Below, piece after piece: positions 6,403 to 15,348 of a stretch of DNA of 25,120 nt (positions within the stretch are counted from its first letter, which is position 1; every line of letters begins with the position of its first letter). Source of the stretch: a virus (taxonomy: Duplodnaviria > Caudoviricetes); the IMG/VR virus record IMGVR_UViG_3300043469_000446, positions 1 to 25,120 of that record. One strand, given 5' to 3'. A program made the position numbers and the translations under genes. The notes under the pieces are model-generated. The model searched no databases. It was not told the origin of the DNA and worked only from the letters and a program-made list of their open reading frames with translations.

Positions 6403-6515
6403 AACCTCAAGAATGTCTAAAGTGTGAGATGAGCCTTAAAGATCCACTATTTTGGGAACTTCATCAAACCATGACAGATAACAGGATTTGGTGTGCATAT
6501 GCTAAAAAACCTTGA
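6399..6515 (+). CDS. Small Cys-containing protein (38 aa)
   Basis: MKPQECLKCEM...WCAYAKKP*; ATGA overlap. Confidence 0.45.
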   Translation: MKPQECLKCEMSLKDPLFWELHQTMTDNRIWCAYAKKP

Positions 6516-6708
6516 AATACCTGATCCATTTCAAACTTTTATATCAAAGAAATATGCCAACGCTAAGGGCTATGTCCATGACTGGTTTACTGGAGAATGG
6601 TCTTATAAATGTTTAACTTGTAAGGATGATCTTTCTGCTCCATCCCGCAAAATATTGACAAAGATTAGATTATTTCACACACGCAATGAATGTCTTGGTG
6701 GATACTAG
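6499..6708 (+). CDS. Hypothetical protein with CxxC...H...C
   Basis: MLKNLEIPDPF...YKCLTCK...HTRNECLGGY. Confidence 0.7.
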   Translation: MLKNLEIPDPFQTFISKKYANAKGYVHDWFTGEWSYKCLTCKDDLSAPSRKILTKIRLFHTRNECLGGY

Positions 6709-6932
6709 TGACAAGGCAAGAGATGGAAGCAAAGATAGAATCATTAAAGACTCCTAAAGGTGGATGGACTAAGGCTTCCCTTGCATCTCTTGGAGTGAGT
6801 TGGCCTCCTCCTTCTGGATGGAAAGCAAAACTTTTAGATGATACAGAGTGTGAGCACACATGGTATATGCGTGAACTAGGTATACAATGTACTAAGTGTC
6901 TAGTTATATGGGAGAGCGATGAAAGAGCCTAA
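6708..6932 (+). CDS. Hypothetical protein (TPKGGWT...LGVSWPPPSGW motif) with C-terminal zinc knuckle
   Basis: TAGTG-coupled GTG start; recognisable small-protein motif. Confidence 0.7.
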   Translation: MTRQEMEAKIESLKTPKGGWTKASLASLGVSWPPPSGWKAKLLDDTECEHTWYMRELGIQCTKCLVIWESDERA

Positions 6933-7044
6933 GATAACTCAAATGGACTGGCGTAGCCTTGGTTATTGGCCTGTATGGAAAAATGGAAAGAAAGTCTGGG
7001 TACCTAAAGATGATAAATCATTCCACAAAGATACAAAGAACTAA
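6919..7044 (+). CDS. Small hypothetical protein
   Basis: MKEPKITQMDWRSLGYWPVWKNGKKVWVPK; GGAG SD. Confidence 0.5.
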   Translation: MKEPKITQMDWRSLGYWPVWKNGKKVWVPKDDKSFHKDTKN

Positions 7045-7327
7045 GACCCTTCCCCTTAGATGGATAGGTAATATATCTGGTGAGTTTGCAGGTAATCATA
7101 TAGTTAAGTGTGTCAATATGGACGAAGATCAAGAATTAGGATGGCGTTATAAATACCACGCTTTTATGTGGAAATATCTTAACAAGCCTTACGAATGGTG
7201 GGGAACATATTATATGTTAGACATGGCTGCCTGGAAAGAAGAATTAGATCAAACAAGGATAGCCATGGCAGATGAAGGCTGGGATGACTATGATACTTTT
7301 GGTAATGAGAGAATCAAAAAAGTTTGA
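7010..7327 (+). CDS. Hypothetical Trp/Tyr-rich protein
   Basis: ORF track; the start is probably MINHSTK. Confidence 0.65.
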   Translation: MINHSTKIQRTKTLPLRWIGNISGEFAGNHIVKCVNMDEDQELGWRYKYHAFMWKYLNKPYEWWGTYYMLDMAAWKEELDQTRIAMADEGWDDYDTFGNERIKKV

Positions 7328-7472
7328 AGAATTAGAAAAACCTATTAGTCTTACGGTTAAGACTAAGTGTCCAGAAAAATATTTTCTTGTAGATAGAGAA
7401 ACTGGTGATATATTTATTGGCAGCATTATGGGACATTGGGACAGATTTGAATCAGTTACTAAAAATTTCTGA
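7305..7472 (+). CDS. Hypothetical protein
   Basis: TKCPEKYFLVDRETGDIFIG motif. Confidence 0.65.
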   Translation: MRESKKFEELEKPISLTVKTKCPEKYFLVDRETGDIFIGSIMGHWDRFESVTKNF

Positions 7473-7496
7473 TAGAATAGACATGTTAGGATAAGT

Positions 7497-7598
7497 ATGT
7501 TTTGTAACTATTGTGGTAACAGATTAGAGTACGGCGATTGTAATTATTGTAATGATAATAATAATGCCCTTAGAGAATTTGAGGAAGAAGATGATTAA
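7497..7598 (+). CDS. Tiny zinc-finger-like protein (33 aa)
   Basis: MFCNYCG...CNYCN with an acidic tail. Confidence 0.5.
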   Translation: MFCNYCGNRLEYGDCNYCNDNNNALREFEEEDD

Positions 7599-7674
7599 TA
7601 TTTTATTTTTGATCCCTGCATTTATTGTTGGGTATGTAGCATGTTATTTTGTTATGACATATAAAGTTAACTAA
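7591..7674 (+). CDS. Small membrane peptide (27 aa)
   Basis: MINILFLIPAFIVGYVACYFVMTYKVN; GAGG SD. Confidence 0.45.
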   Translation: MINILFLIPAFIVGYVACYFVMTYKVN

Positions 7675-7697
7675 TAAAAAGATGGGTAAAAATAAAA

Positions 7698-8354
7698 TTG
7701 CCTAATAATAACGTAACACTCAGTTGGTGCGATAATGGATTGGTCCATGGTCAGTTTGCTGCATCTATTTCTGATCTAATAATATCAAAAGACATACCAA
7801 TAACGTCAGTAATGCAAACTGCTGGAAGTCAAATATCTTTACTAAGACAGTACACTATTACAAAATGGATGAACGAATATGAAGAAGACTGGATATTAAT
7901 ACTTGATTCAGACATAGTTGCCTATCGAGACAAAATAAAAGTATTATGGGATGTCGTACAGTCAACAGATATTAAAATAATTTCTGGATTATACTTTATT
8001 AATAAACTTGGAATAATTCAACCTGCACTATTTAATAAAGGTACTGAAAATGAGTTTATGACACCAATTTATCCAATTCCAGAAAATAAATTAATTAAAG
8101 TAGACTATGCAGGAATGGGTTGCATATTAATCCATAGAGATATAATAAAACAAATAGTTGATAAGTTAAAAACAAACATATTATTTAGAGAAGACTATAT
8201 AAATAATCAAATGGTTGGTGAAGACACTTATTTCTTTAAAATGGTAAAGGATGCTGGAATACAGTTATATGCACATACTGGTGCACATGTTGATCACATA
8301 AAGACCTATAGGTTAAATATTGGTCACTATAATAATTTAATCAACCAAAGATAG
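7698..8354 (+). CDS. GT-A fold glycosyltransferase (GT2-like)
   Basis: WILILDSD (DxD), ISGLY, AGMGCILIHR, GEDTYF, HTGAHVDHIK. Confidence 0.85.
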   Translation: MPNNNVTLSWCDNGLVHGQFAASISDLIISKDIPITSVMQTAGSQISLLRQYTITKWMNEYEEDWILILDSDIVAYRDKIKVLWDVVQSTDIKIISGLYFINKLGIIQPALFNKGTENEFMTPIYPIPENKLIKVDYAGMGCILIHRDIIKQIVDKLKTNILFREDYINNQMVGEDTYFFKMVKDAGIQLYAHTGAHVDHIKTYRLNIGHYNNLINQR

Positions 8355-8394
8355 TTATTTTGACAAATAAAAAGTTTTATGGTATTATGGTTAT

Positions 8395-9051
8395 ATGATT
8401 GAAACAGTAACCCTAGGTTGGATAGATGACGGAGAAGTTGAAGGAAAGTTTGCAGCATCTGTTGTTCATCTTTTAATGCAAAAAAGTTTACCATTATTAA
8501 ACTTAATACAAATAACAGGTAAAAATAATGCAACAGATAAAAATTCTTTAATTAATAGGTGGATTGAAACCTGCACGGATGAATGGCTATTAATGGTAGA
8601 GCCAAATGCTGTTATTTACCCACAGAGTATAGAAATAATGTGGAAGTCGGCAAAAGAAAAAAACATGAAGGTTATTTCTGGACTATTCTTAGGAATATAT
8701 GAACAAACAATATTGGTTCCAACTGTATATAATCTTAATGATGATGGAACATACTCAATGCCAGATATTGCTAAAAATACTGAAAACAAAGTAGATGCTT
8801 TTGATTTTGGATGTTTCTTAATTCATAGAGATGCAATTTTAAAAATCATGAATACAGAAAAAACCAAAACATTTTTTAAAGATGAATATTTAAATGATAT
8901 TTATATGGGTCATACTTTTTCATTTTTTAGATTACTAAAAAAAATAAATGTTCAGCCATATGTACATTCTGGTGTATTTTTAGATAGAATAAAAAAAATA
9001 ATGATACATTCAGGCCAGCAAGACATTATAAATATTAAAAATATTTTTTAG
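8395..9051 (+). CDS. GT-A glycosyltransferase paralog with degenerate catalytic motifs
   Basis: Collinear with 7698-8354 (both 218 aa), but DxD is EPN and GED is GHT; own promoter TTGACA(8360)-17-TATTAT-6-ATG. Confidence 0.8.
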   Translation: MIETVTLGWIDDGEVEGKFAASVVHLLMQKSLPLLNLIQITGKNNATDKNSLINRWIETCTDEWLLMVEPNAVIYPQSIEIMWKSAKEKNMKVISGLFLGIYEQTILVPTVYNLNDDGTYSMPDIAKNTENKVDAFDFGCFLIHRDAILKIMNTEKTKTFFKDEYLNDIYMGHTFSFFRLLKKINVQPYVHSGVFLDRIKKIMIHSGQQDIINIKNIF

Positions 9052-9059
9052 GAGTAGAC

Positions 9060-9779
9060 ATGTCTCAAATTATAAACTTTAAGGCTAAAGATAAATTTGG
9101 CTTTGATACACAACTAAAGCCACACCCAGCATCTAAGTCAATTCCAGATTGGTATAAAAATGCACCCATTTATGAGCCAGCACCAAACAACCTTGATGGT
9201 AAAAAACTATCAATATTTAATGGAACATTAAACCACTCTTTTAAAAAATGCACACCAATGCTAGAGCCATTAACATTTGGATATATAATTCCATTGTGGG
9301 CTGATGTTCTTGTTAGCCTTAAAGATGGCAGTCCTGAAATATCTTGGATGACTGAAACACAAATATTTAGCCCACATGGAGACACATCAAAAAGAGTTGA
9401 ACATCCACCTGGATATACAAATCTTGTAGTAAAGTATGTGTCAACATGGATGGCACAAACACCTGCTGGATATTCCTGTTTGATCACTAGTCCTTTTGGG
9501 TATAGAAATTTGCCATTTATGCAAATACCATCAATTATTGATACAGATAAGTCCGTTATGGAAGGATCTTTTCCTATGTGGATTAAGGCAGGCTTTGAAG
9601 GAATTGTTGAAAAGGGAACACCCCTAGTTCAAGTCATTCCCTTTAAAAGAAATGACTGGAAGTCTACATTTGATTATTATGAAGATGGAGAACATAGAAC
9701 ATTAATTGAAAAAACTTTTAAGACAACAATGTTAAATCATTACACAAAAAATATTTGGTCTAAAAAAGATTTTAAATAA
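9060..9779 (+). CDS. Phage protein of the KKCxP...GY / TPxGYS / (V/I)DTD family (DUF6065-like, possible dUTPase-like fold), copy 1
   Basis: PASKSIPDWYK, KKCTP, TPAGYSCL, IIDTDK, KGTPLVQVIPFKR. Confidence 0.8.
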   Translation: MSQIINFKAKDKFGFDTQLKPHPASKSIPDWYKNAPIYEPAPNNLDGKKLSIFNGTLNHSFKKCTPMLEPLTFGYIIPLWADVLVSLKDGSPEISWMTETQIFSPHGDTSKRVEHPPGYTNLVVKYVSTWMAQTPAGYSCLITSPFGYRNLPFMQIPSIIDTDKSVMEGSFPMWIKAGFEGIVEKGTPLVQVIPFKRNDWKSTFDYYEDGEHRTLIEKTFKTTMLNHYTKNIWSKKDFK

Positions 9780-10258
9780 TGTTAATAAACTTTCAATCAG
9801 AATCCAAGAAGTCAGGAGATGCTTTTGAAGAACTTGTATACGCAGATTTGGTTAGTAGGGGTTTTGGTCCTATTGATAGAAATTATTGCTTTGAGAATGT
9901 TGGTTGTGAAGTAGACTTTCGTGCACACTCTAAAACAACCCTTGAGTATGTTGAGGCAAAGGGTGGCCTCTCTGGTGAAGGTAAAAGACCAGGAGCACAA
10001 AGAACTGACAATGTTAAAAAAGCAATTGCTAACGGGGCATTAATAAAAACTTCTAATGATTTGTATTATGTTGTTTATTTTTCTGCCAAACCAGAACCAG
10101 GAAGTTATTCTGATAGCATGATTAAGACTGCATTAAAACATAACATTATTAATGAAGTTAGATATATAATTGATGAAACAAATATCATAAAAAATGATTA
10201 TTTTCAGAATGCTTTACATTTAGACATAGATGATGTACAACATATACAGGAGATATAA
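9779..10258 (+). CDS. PD-(D/E)XK restriction-endonuclease-like nuclease
   Basis: GDAFEELV...EVDF...YVEAKGG. Confidence 0.75.
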   Translation: MLINFQSESKKSGDAFEELVYADLVSRGFGPIDRNYCFENVGCEVDFRAHSKTTLEYVEAKGGLSGEGKRPGAQRTDNVKKAIANGALIKTSNDLYYVVYFSAKPEPGSYSDSMIKTALKHNIINEVRYIIDETNIIKNDYFQNALHLDIDDVQHIQEI

Positions 10259-10975
10259 ATGTTTACTAAAAAAAATAAAATTGTTTTTAAGGCTCAAGAT
10301 AAACATGTTATGGAAGTAAGGACTAAGCCAGTTCCTGCTACGCAGTTAGTTCCACAATGGTGGAAAGATTTACCGCCATATTTTGGAAATAATGGAAAAT
10401 TTCAATTAACTGATCAAGGTCCAAACACTACAGTTAAAAAATGCGCCCCATCATTAGATGCAATAACTTCTGGCTATATAGTTACCCTGTGGGCAGATAT
10501 ACAAGTTGAAACAAATAGTTTTGAAATTCCTACAGCAAAGTGGAATACTCAAAAACCAGTGTTTAGTATTTGGACTCAAGAACAAAGTAGTGGTTTTGAA
10601 ATTGATGAAAGTTACAACCCTCTGGTATTTAAATACCTACACGGATGGACAATTAAAACTCCACCTGGATATTCTTGTTTAATTACTCATCCTATAGGAT
10701 ATCAAAATTTACCATTCAAGGCAATTAGCGGTGTTGTTGATACTGATAAATTAAATACTGATATAAATACCCCAATTGTATTCAAAAAAGGATTTAATGG
10801 AGTAATTGAAAAAGGTACCCCAATGTTTCAAGTTATTCCTATAAAAAGAGAAAATTGGGAATCTGAGTTTGAATTACAAGAAGAACAAGAATTGTTTTTT
10901 AATCAAGAAAAAATAGCATCTACATATATTAGTTCATATGCAAGAAATTTAAGAGAAAAGAAAAATTATAAATAA
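10259..10975 (+). CDS. DUF6065-like / dUTPase-like family protein, copy 2
   Basis: VPQWWK, KKCAP, TPPGYSCL, GVVDTDK, KGTPMFQVIPIKR. Confidence 0.8.
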   Translation: MFTKKNKIVFKAQDKHVMEVRTKPVPATQLVPQWWKDLPPYFGNNGKFQLTDQGPNTTVKKCAPSLDAITSGYIVTLWADIQVETNSFEIPTAKWNTQKPVFSIWTQEQSSGFEIDESYNPLVFKYLHGWTIKTPPGYSCLITHPIGYQNLPFKAISGVVDTDKLNTDINTPIVFKKGFNGVIEKGTPMFQVIPIKRENWESEFELQEEQELFFNQEKIASTYISSYARNLREKKNYK

Positions 10976-11031
10976 AAATAATGTTGACATATTTAAACAC
11001 TTCTGAGATACCTAGAAGGTTAAAAGACTAA

Positions 11032-11105
11032 GCACCAGTAGCCAAGTTGGTTAAGGCACCGAACTCATAATTCGGCTATCGTAGGTTCAAGTCCTACCTG
11101 GTGTA
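11032..11105 (+). tRNA. trnM: tRNA-Met(CAT) (elongator Met or lysidine-type Ile2)
   Basis: GCACCAG/CTGGTGT; CCGAA-CTCATAA-TTCGG; GTAGG-TTCAAGT-CCTAC. Confidence 0.9.
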
Positions 11106-11109
11106 CTAA

Positions 11110-11183
11110 ACATCTGTAACTCAGTTGGTTAGAGTACCTGCCTTATATGCAGAGAGCCGAAGGTTCAAGTCCTTCCAGATGTA
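11110..11183 (+). tRNA. trnI: tRNA-Ile(TAT)
   Basis: ACATCTG/CAGATGT; (C)CTGC-CTTATAT-GCAG(A); GAAGG-TTCAAGT-CCTTC. Confidence 0.9.
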
Positions 11184-11187
11184 CTAA

Positions 11188-11259
11188 ATCCCTGTAACTC
11201 AGCGGAAGAGTGACACCCTTCTAAGGTGTAGGCCGTAGGTTCAAATCCTACCAGGGATG
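11188..11259 (+). tRNA. trnR: tRNA-Arg(TCT)
   Basis: ATCCCTG/CAGGGAT; ACACC-CTTCTAA-GGTGT; GTAGG-TTCAAAT-CCTAC. Confidence 0.93.
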
Positions 11260-11288
11260 CTATAATAGATTAAAACAAAGGGGTAGTC

Positions 11289-12245
11289 TTGGCTAATATA
11301 GTTTTTCTTGGTAACTTTGAAGTGTCTTATAGTAGTGAGAATCATCATGCTAGTAGTCTAGAGTCTTTAGGCCATACCGTGACAAAATTGCAAGAGCGTA
11401 AGGCTAAGACACAGACCATCCTAGAAAAAGCATTAGAGTCTGATCTGTTTATTTGGGTGCATACACATGGCTGGGAAACTGGCGGAAACATCTCAATGGA
11501 TGACGTTCTTAATAAACTTAACTCGGCTGGTGTTCCCACTATGACATATCATCTAGACTTATGGTTTGGCCTTGATAGACAAAATGATCTTAAGCATGAT
11601 AGTTTCTATAGAACTATTGGACACTTCTTTACTGTAGATAAACTTATGGCTGATTGGTTTGATCACAATACCGCAGTAAAAGGCCACTTCATGCCTGCAG
11701 GGGTATACGATAAGGAATGCTACATCCACCCAGACTATGACACACAAAACTTTGAGTACGATGTTATTTTTGTTGGCAGCAAGAGATACCACCATGAACA
11801 TAAATATCGTCCAGAATTAATTGACTTCTTAAGAAAGACATACGGAAAGAGATTCTTACATGTAGGTGGAGATGGAGATACTGGAACTATTCGTGGAGAT
11901 GCACTAAACCGTATTTATGCAAAGAGTAAGATTGCAGTTGGAGATAGTCTTAACATAGGATTTGATTATCCTTACTACACTAGTGATAGATTGTTTGAGT
12001 CTACTGGTCGTGGTGGATTTACTATTTACCCAGAAATCAAGGGCTTAGATGAATACTTTATGCCTGACGAAGTTGTATTCTACAAACATGGAAACTTTAA
12101 TAACTTGAAAGATAAGATAGATCAGTATCTTGAAAATTCTTTGGTACGAGAAAGAATCAGAGTCAATGGTCATAACCGTACAAAGAAAGAACATACCTAT
12201 GTTCATAGGTGGACTGCAATACTTGATGAGTTGGGAATAAAATGA
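11289..12245 (+). CDS. GT-B glycosyltransferase, CgeB / Glyco_trans_1_2-like
   Basis: DVIFVGS...YAKSKIAVG...SDRLFESTGRGGF...HTYVHRW; TTG start with GGGG SD. Confidence 0.88.
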   Translation: MANIVFLGNFEVSYSSENHHASSLESLGHTVTKLQERKAKTQTILEKALESDLFIWVHTHGWETGGNISMDDVLNKLNSAGVPTMTYHLDLWFGLDRQNDLKHDSFYRTIGHFFTVDKLMADWFDHNTAVKGHFMPAGVYDKECYIHPDYDTQNFEYDVIFVGSKRYHHEHKYRPELIDFLRKTYGKRFLHVGGDGDTGTIRGDALNRIYAKSKIAVGDSLNIGFDYPYYTSDRLFESTGRGGFTIYPEIKGLDEYFMPDEVVFYKHGNFNNLKDKIDQYLENSLVRERIRVNGHNRTKKEHTYVHRWTAILDELGIK

Positions 12246-13243
12246 ATATATTAATAACAGGTGTTGCTGGACTACTTGGAAGCAATCTGGCAAAAAGTTT
12301 ATCTCATCATAATATAACTGGTGTTGATAGTCTAATCGGTGGATATATAGATAACATTCCTTCAGAAATTAATTGGCTTAATAAAGACTGTAATGATTTA
12401 ACTAAGGAAGATTTTAAAGACATTGAAGTTGTTATCCATGCAGCATGTACTGCTCATGAAGGACTTTCTGTTTTTTCTCCTAAGTTCATTACTGACAACA
12501 CATACGGAAACTCTATGAATGTTTTGAGTTGTGCAATTCAGGCTGGTGTTAAAAAGTTTATATTTACCTCTAGTATGGCAAGATATGGCAACCAAGACAC
12601 GCTTCCTTTTACAGAAAATATGATACCAAAACCAGAAGACCCTTATGGTATTGCAAAAAATGCTTTTGAGTTAACATTAAAAAATCTTTCAAAAACTCAC
12701 GGTATTGAATTTGTTATTTTTGTGCCACACAACGTTGTTGGTATTGGACAAAACTATACGGATCCTTTTAGAAATGTTGCTGGGATTATGATTAACCGCA
12801 TGTTACAAAACAGACAACCAATAATCTATGGTGATGGAAACCAAAAAAGGTGTTTCTCTGACATAAGAGATATTATAGATCCATTTCATAAGGTTATTTT
12901 TTCTGATGTTGCTAACGGAGAAGTAATTAATATTGGTCCTGATGACAACTTTATAACTATTAATCATTTAGCAGAAGAAATTGCATCAATTCTTGATTTT
13001 GATTTAAACCCAATATATTTAGATTCTCGCCCATCTGAAGTTAGGTTAGCGCATTGCTCTGCAGATAAAGCAAGGAAACTACTTAACTATGAAACACGTT
13101 ATGAATTAAAAGAAATCTTATCAAATATGATAGATTGGGTTAAAATAAGAGGAACTGGACCGTTTAATTATAATTTACCAGTTGAAATCCAAAGTCATTT
13201 AACCCCAAAAACTTGGGTCAATCAAGATTTATTTAATAAATAG
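12242..13243 (+). CDS. NAD-dependent nucleotide-sugar epimerase/dehydratase (extended SDR)
   Basis: GVAGLLG, TSS, YGIAK, IYGDGNQKRCFS. Confidence 0.93.
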   Translation: MNILITGVAGLLGSNLAKSLSHHNITGVDSLIGGYIDNIPSEINWLNKDCNDLTKEDFKDIEVVIHAACTAHEGLSVFSPKFITDNTYGNSMNVLSCAIQAGVKKFIFTSSMARYGNQDTLPFTENMIPKPEDPYGIAKNAFELTLKNLSKTHGIEFVIFVPHNVVGIGQNYTDPFRNVAGIMINRMLQNRQPIIYGDGNQKRCFSDIRDIIDPFHKVIFSDVANGEVINIGPDDNFITINHLAEEIASILDFDLNPIYLDSRPSEVRLAHCSADKARKLLNYETRYELKEILSNMIDWVKIRGTGPFNYNLPVEIQSHLTPKTWVNQDLFNK

Positions 13244-13254
13244 GAGAAATAAAA

Positions 13255-13968
13255 ATGACAGAAATGAGAACAGTAATAGTTAATGGTGAGTTTGAAATTA
13301 CTTTGCCAGATCATCGTGCTGCTCGCCCTGAATGGTACGAACCTAAAGGTTGGGAAAAACCAAGACTAAGACACATGTCGGAAAATATTTCTTCTGGAGA
13401 TGTTATGTATTATGTTGGTGCAGAAGAAGGCGAGTTTGCTGCACTATGCCAAATGTGGGGTGCGGAAGTAGTTGTATTTGAACCAAACCCTAAAGTCTGG
13501 TCACACTTTCCATTGCTTTGGAGTGCAAACAATTTAGATCTTCCAATGGTTTGTATTCCTGGATTTGCATCTGATAAGATAAACAATCTTTCAAGAATAT
13601 ATTATAATGAATGGCCACCAGAAGTTAACAACGTAATTGAAGCAGCCCACGGATTTAAAGAACTATACCTTGAAGGAGAATCCTATGGTCAGATTACTAT
13701 AGATTCTTGTGTATATGATCACGGAATTAAGCCACCTACCGCCATTTCATTGGACGTAGAGGGCAGTGAGTGGAGGGTCCTAGGAGGGGCTGAGAAGGTC
13801 CTTAGAGAGCACAAACCAAAGATTTGGCTATCTGGACACCCTGAGTTTATGTTACAGCAATGGAATGAATCTTTATATAATCTTAGACAATGGATTAAGG
13901 GATTAGGTTATACTGAAATAATTTTAGACTATCAGCATGAGGTTCACTTATACTATGAATCAATCTAA
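13255..13968 (+). CDS. FkbM-family methyltransferase
   Basis: YVGAEEG, VVVFEPNP, ITIDS, ISLDVEGSEWRVLGGA. Confidence 0.88.
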   Translation: MTEMRTVIVNGEFEITLPDHRAARPEWYEPKGWEKPRLRHMSENISSGDVMYYVGAEEGEFAALCQMWGAEVVVFEPNPKVWSHFPLLWSANNLDLPMVCIPGFASDKINNLSRIYYNEWPPEVNNVIEAAHGFKELYLEGESYGQITIDSCVYDHGIKPPTAISLDVEGSEWRVLGGAEKVLREHKPKIWLSGHPEFMLQQWNESLYNLRQWIKGLGYTEIILDYQHEVHLYYESI

Positions 13969-14503
13969 AATTTTTTGGGATAACGCTGCTAAAGATCCAG
14001 ATGTAAGGTATAAATATATTGCAGATGAGTGGGCATCTACTGAAACATTTTTAAATCTTATAGAAAATAATAATGATAATTGGAATAATGTTTTAGAAAT
14101 TGGATGTGGGATAGGGAGACTGTTAGTTCCTTTAGCAGACAAGTATGATGAATGTAATTTTTACGGATTAGATATCTCTGATGAAATGATAAACCTTGCA
14201 CCTAAGAGAGATAATATAAAGTATCAAGAAGTTGGAAACAATCTTGACTTAGTATATTCAATGTTGGTCTTTCAACATATTGAGCAACAAGAAAAGACTA
14301 ACTATATAAAACTTGCATACGATAAGTTAAAAGATGAAGGTACTTTGTTTTTTCAGTTTGTTGTTGGAAAAGAAAACTCCCCATACTCTTATCAAACATC
14401 AATGCTTGAAATTGAAAACATATTAAAAGATACTGGGTTTAAGAACCTAATTTTTACAGATCACATGCACCCTCAATGGATGTTTGTTCAGGGTACTAAA
14501 TGA
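13955..14503 (+). CDS. Class I SAM-dependent methyltransferase
   Basis: VLEIGCGIGRL, GLDISDEMI, LVYSMLVFQHI. Confidence 0.9.
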   Translation: MNQSKIFWDNAAKDPDVRYKYIADEWASTETFLNLIENNNDNWNNVLEIGCGIGRLLVPLADKYDECNFYGLDISDEMINLAPKRDNIKYQEVGNNLDLVYSMLVFQHIEQQEKTNYIKLAYDKLKDEGTLFFQFVVGKENSPYSYQTSMLEIENILKDTGFKNLIFTDHMHPQWMFVQGTK

Positions 14504-15348
14504 TTAAGGCATACCTTTATTCTCATGATGGACAAGACTATGCAAATGACAAATGGGATTATGGATTATTAAAAGAAATATTTGATAAACATGAAGTAGA
14601 TCAGGTAAGGGTTACAGAGATTCCCAAGTCAGATAAAGCCTTTGTTGTAATCCCTGGACCACAAACTGCTGGAAATGAGGATAGACTATCTAAGGAATTA
14701 AGTAAAATCTCTAGAGTTGTTTTATTTATTAATGGAGATGAGAATGCTAGGTTTGATGTAGATAAAATTAATCATCCAAATATTGAGATATGGATTCAAT
14801 ACCCTCATAAAAAACATGCAGCATATAATAAAATGCCAATTGGTGTTCCACAGCACTTAAGTGATAATTCTCCAGAATACAAAGAAAAAGAATACGATGT
14901 TTACTTTGGTGGACAGATTACTCACCAAAGAAGGATAGAGTTATCTCATGTTATGCCAACCCTAAAGAATTCTTTATATGGACCAACTGCAGGCTTTTCA
15001 CAAGGAGATAAGCCAAAAGACTACTATGCCAAACTTGCAAGTGCAAAGATTGCACCATGTCCATCTGGTGCAGCAGTAATAGATACATTTAGATTTTTTG
15101 AGTCAATAGAGTTATTAACGTTGCCAGTAGCAGATACAATAAATCCAAAAGGAATACAGACAGATTTTTATAAAAACATGTTTGGAGTTAATGTTCCATT
15201 TAACTATGTATCAAATTGGAATGAACTTAATAGATTAGTTCCAAAACTATTAGATCAGTATCCAAATAATATGCACCAAGTAGTATGTTGGTGGATCAAA
15301 CAAAAAAGAGATCTAGGAATTAAGATTATGAGGCAAATAAATGCATAA
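14500..15348 (+). CDS. Glycosyltransferase, exostosin/GT47-like C-terminal motif
   Basis: YDVYFGG...YYAKLASAKIAPCPSG...DTFRFFESIELLTLPV. Confidence 0.75.
   Translation: MIKAYLYSHDGQDYANDKWDYGLLKEIFDKHEVDQVRVTEIPKSDKAFVVIPGPQTAGNEDRLSKELSKISRVVLFINGDENARFDVDKINHPNIEIWIQYPHKKHAAYNKMPIGVPQHLSDNSPEYKEKEYDVYFGGQITHQRRIELSHVMPTLKNSLYGPTAGFSQGDKPKDYYAKLASAKIAPCPSGAAVIDTFRFFESIELLTLPVADTINPKGIQTDFYKNMFGVNVPFNYVSNWNELNRLVPKLLDQYPNNMHQVVCWWIKQKRDLGIKIMRQINA

Noticed and set aside
9060-9779. Calling the four paralogs true dUTPases
   Set aside because: They lack the RSG motif II and the C-terminal RGxxGFGS motif V; only a fold-level resemblance is suggested.
11110-11259. Suppressor tRNAs (TTA or CTA) and stop-codon recoding
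   Set aside because: The 7-nt loops centre on TAT and TCT. Genes end normally at TAA, TAG and TGA, and known families are full length.
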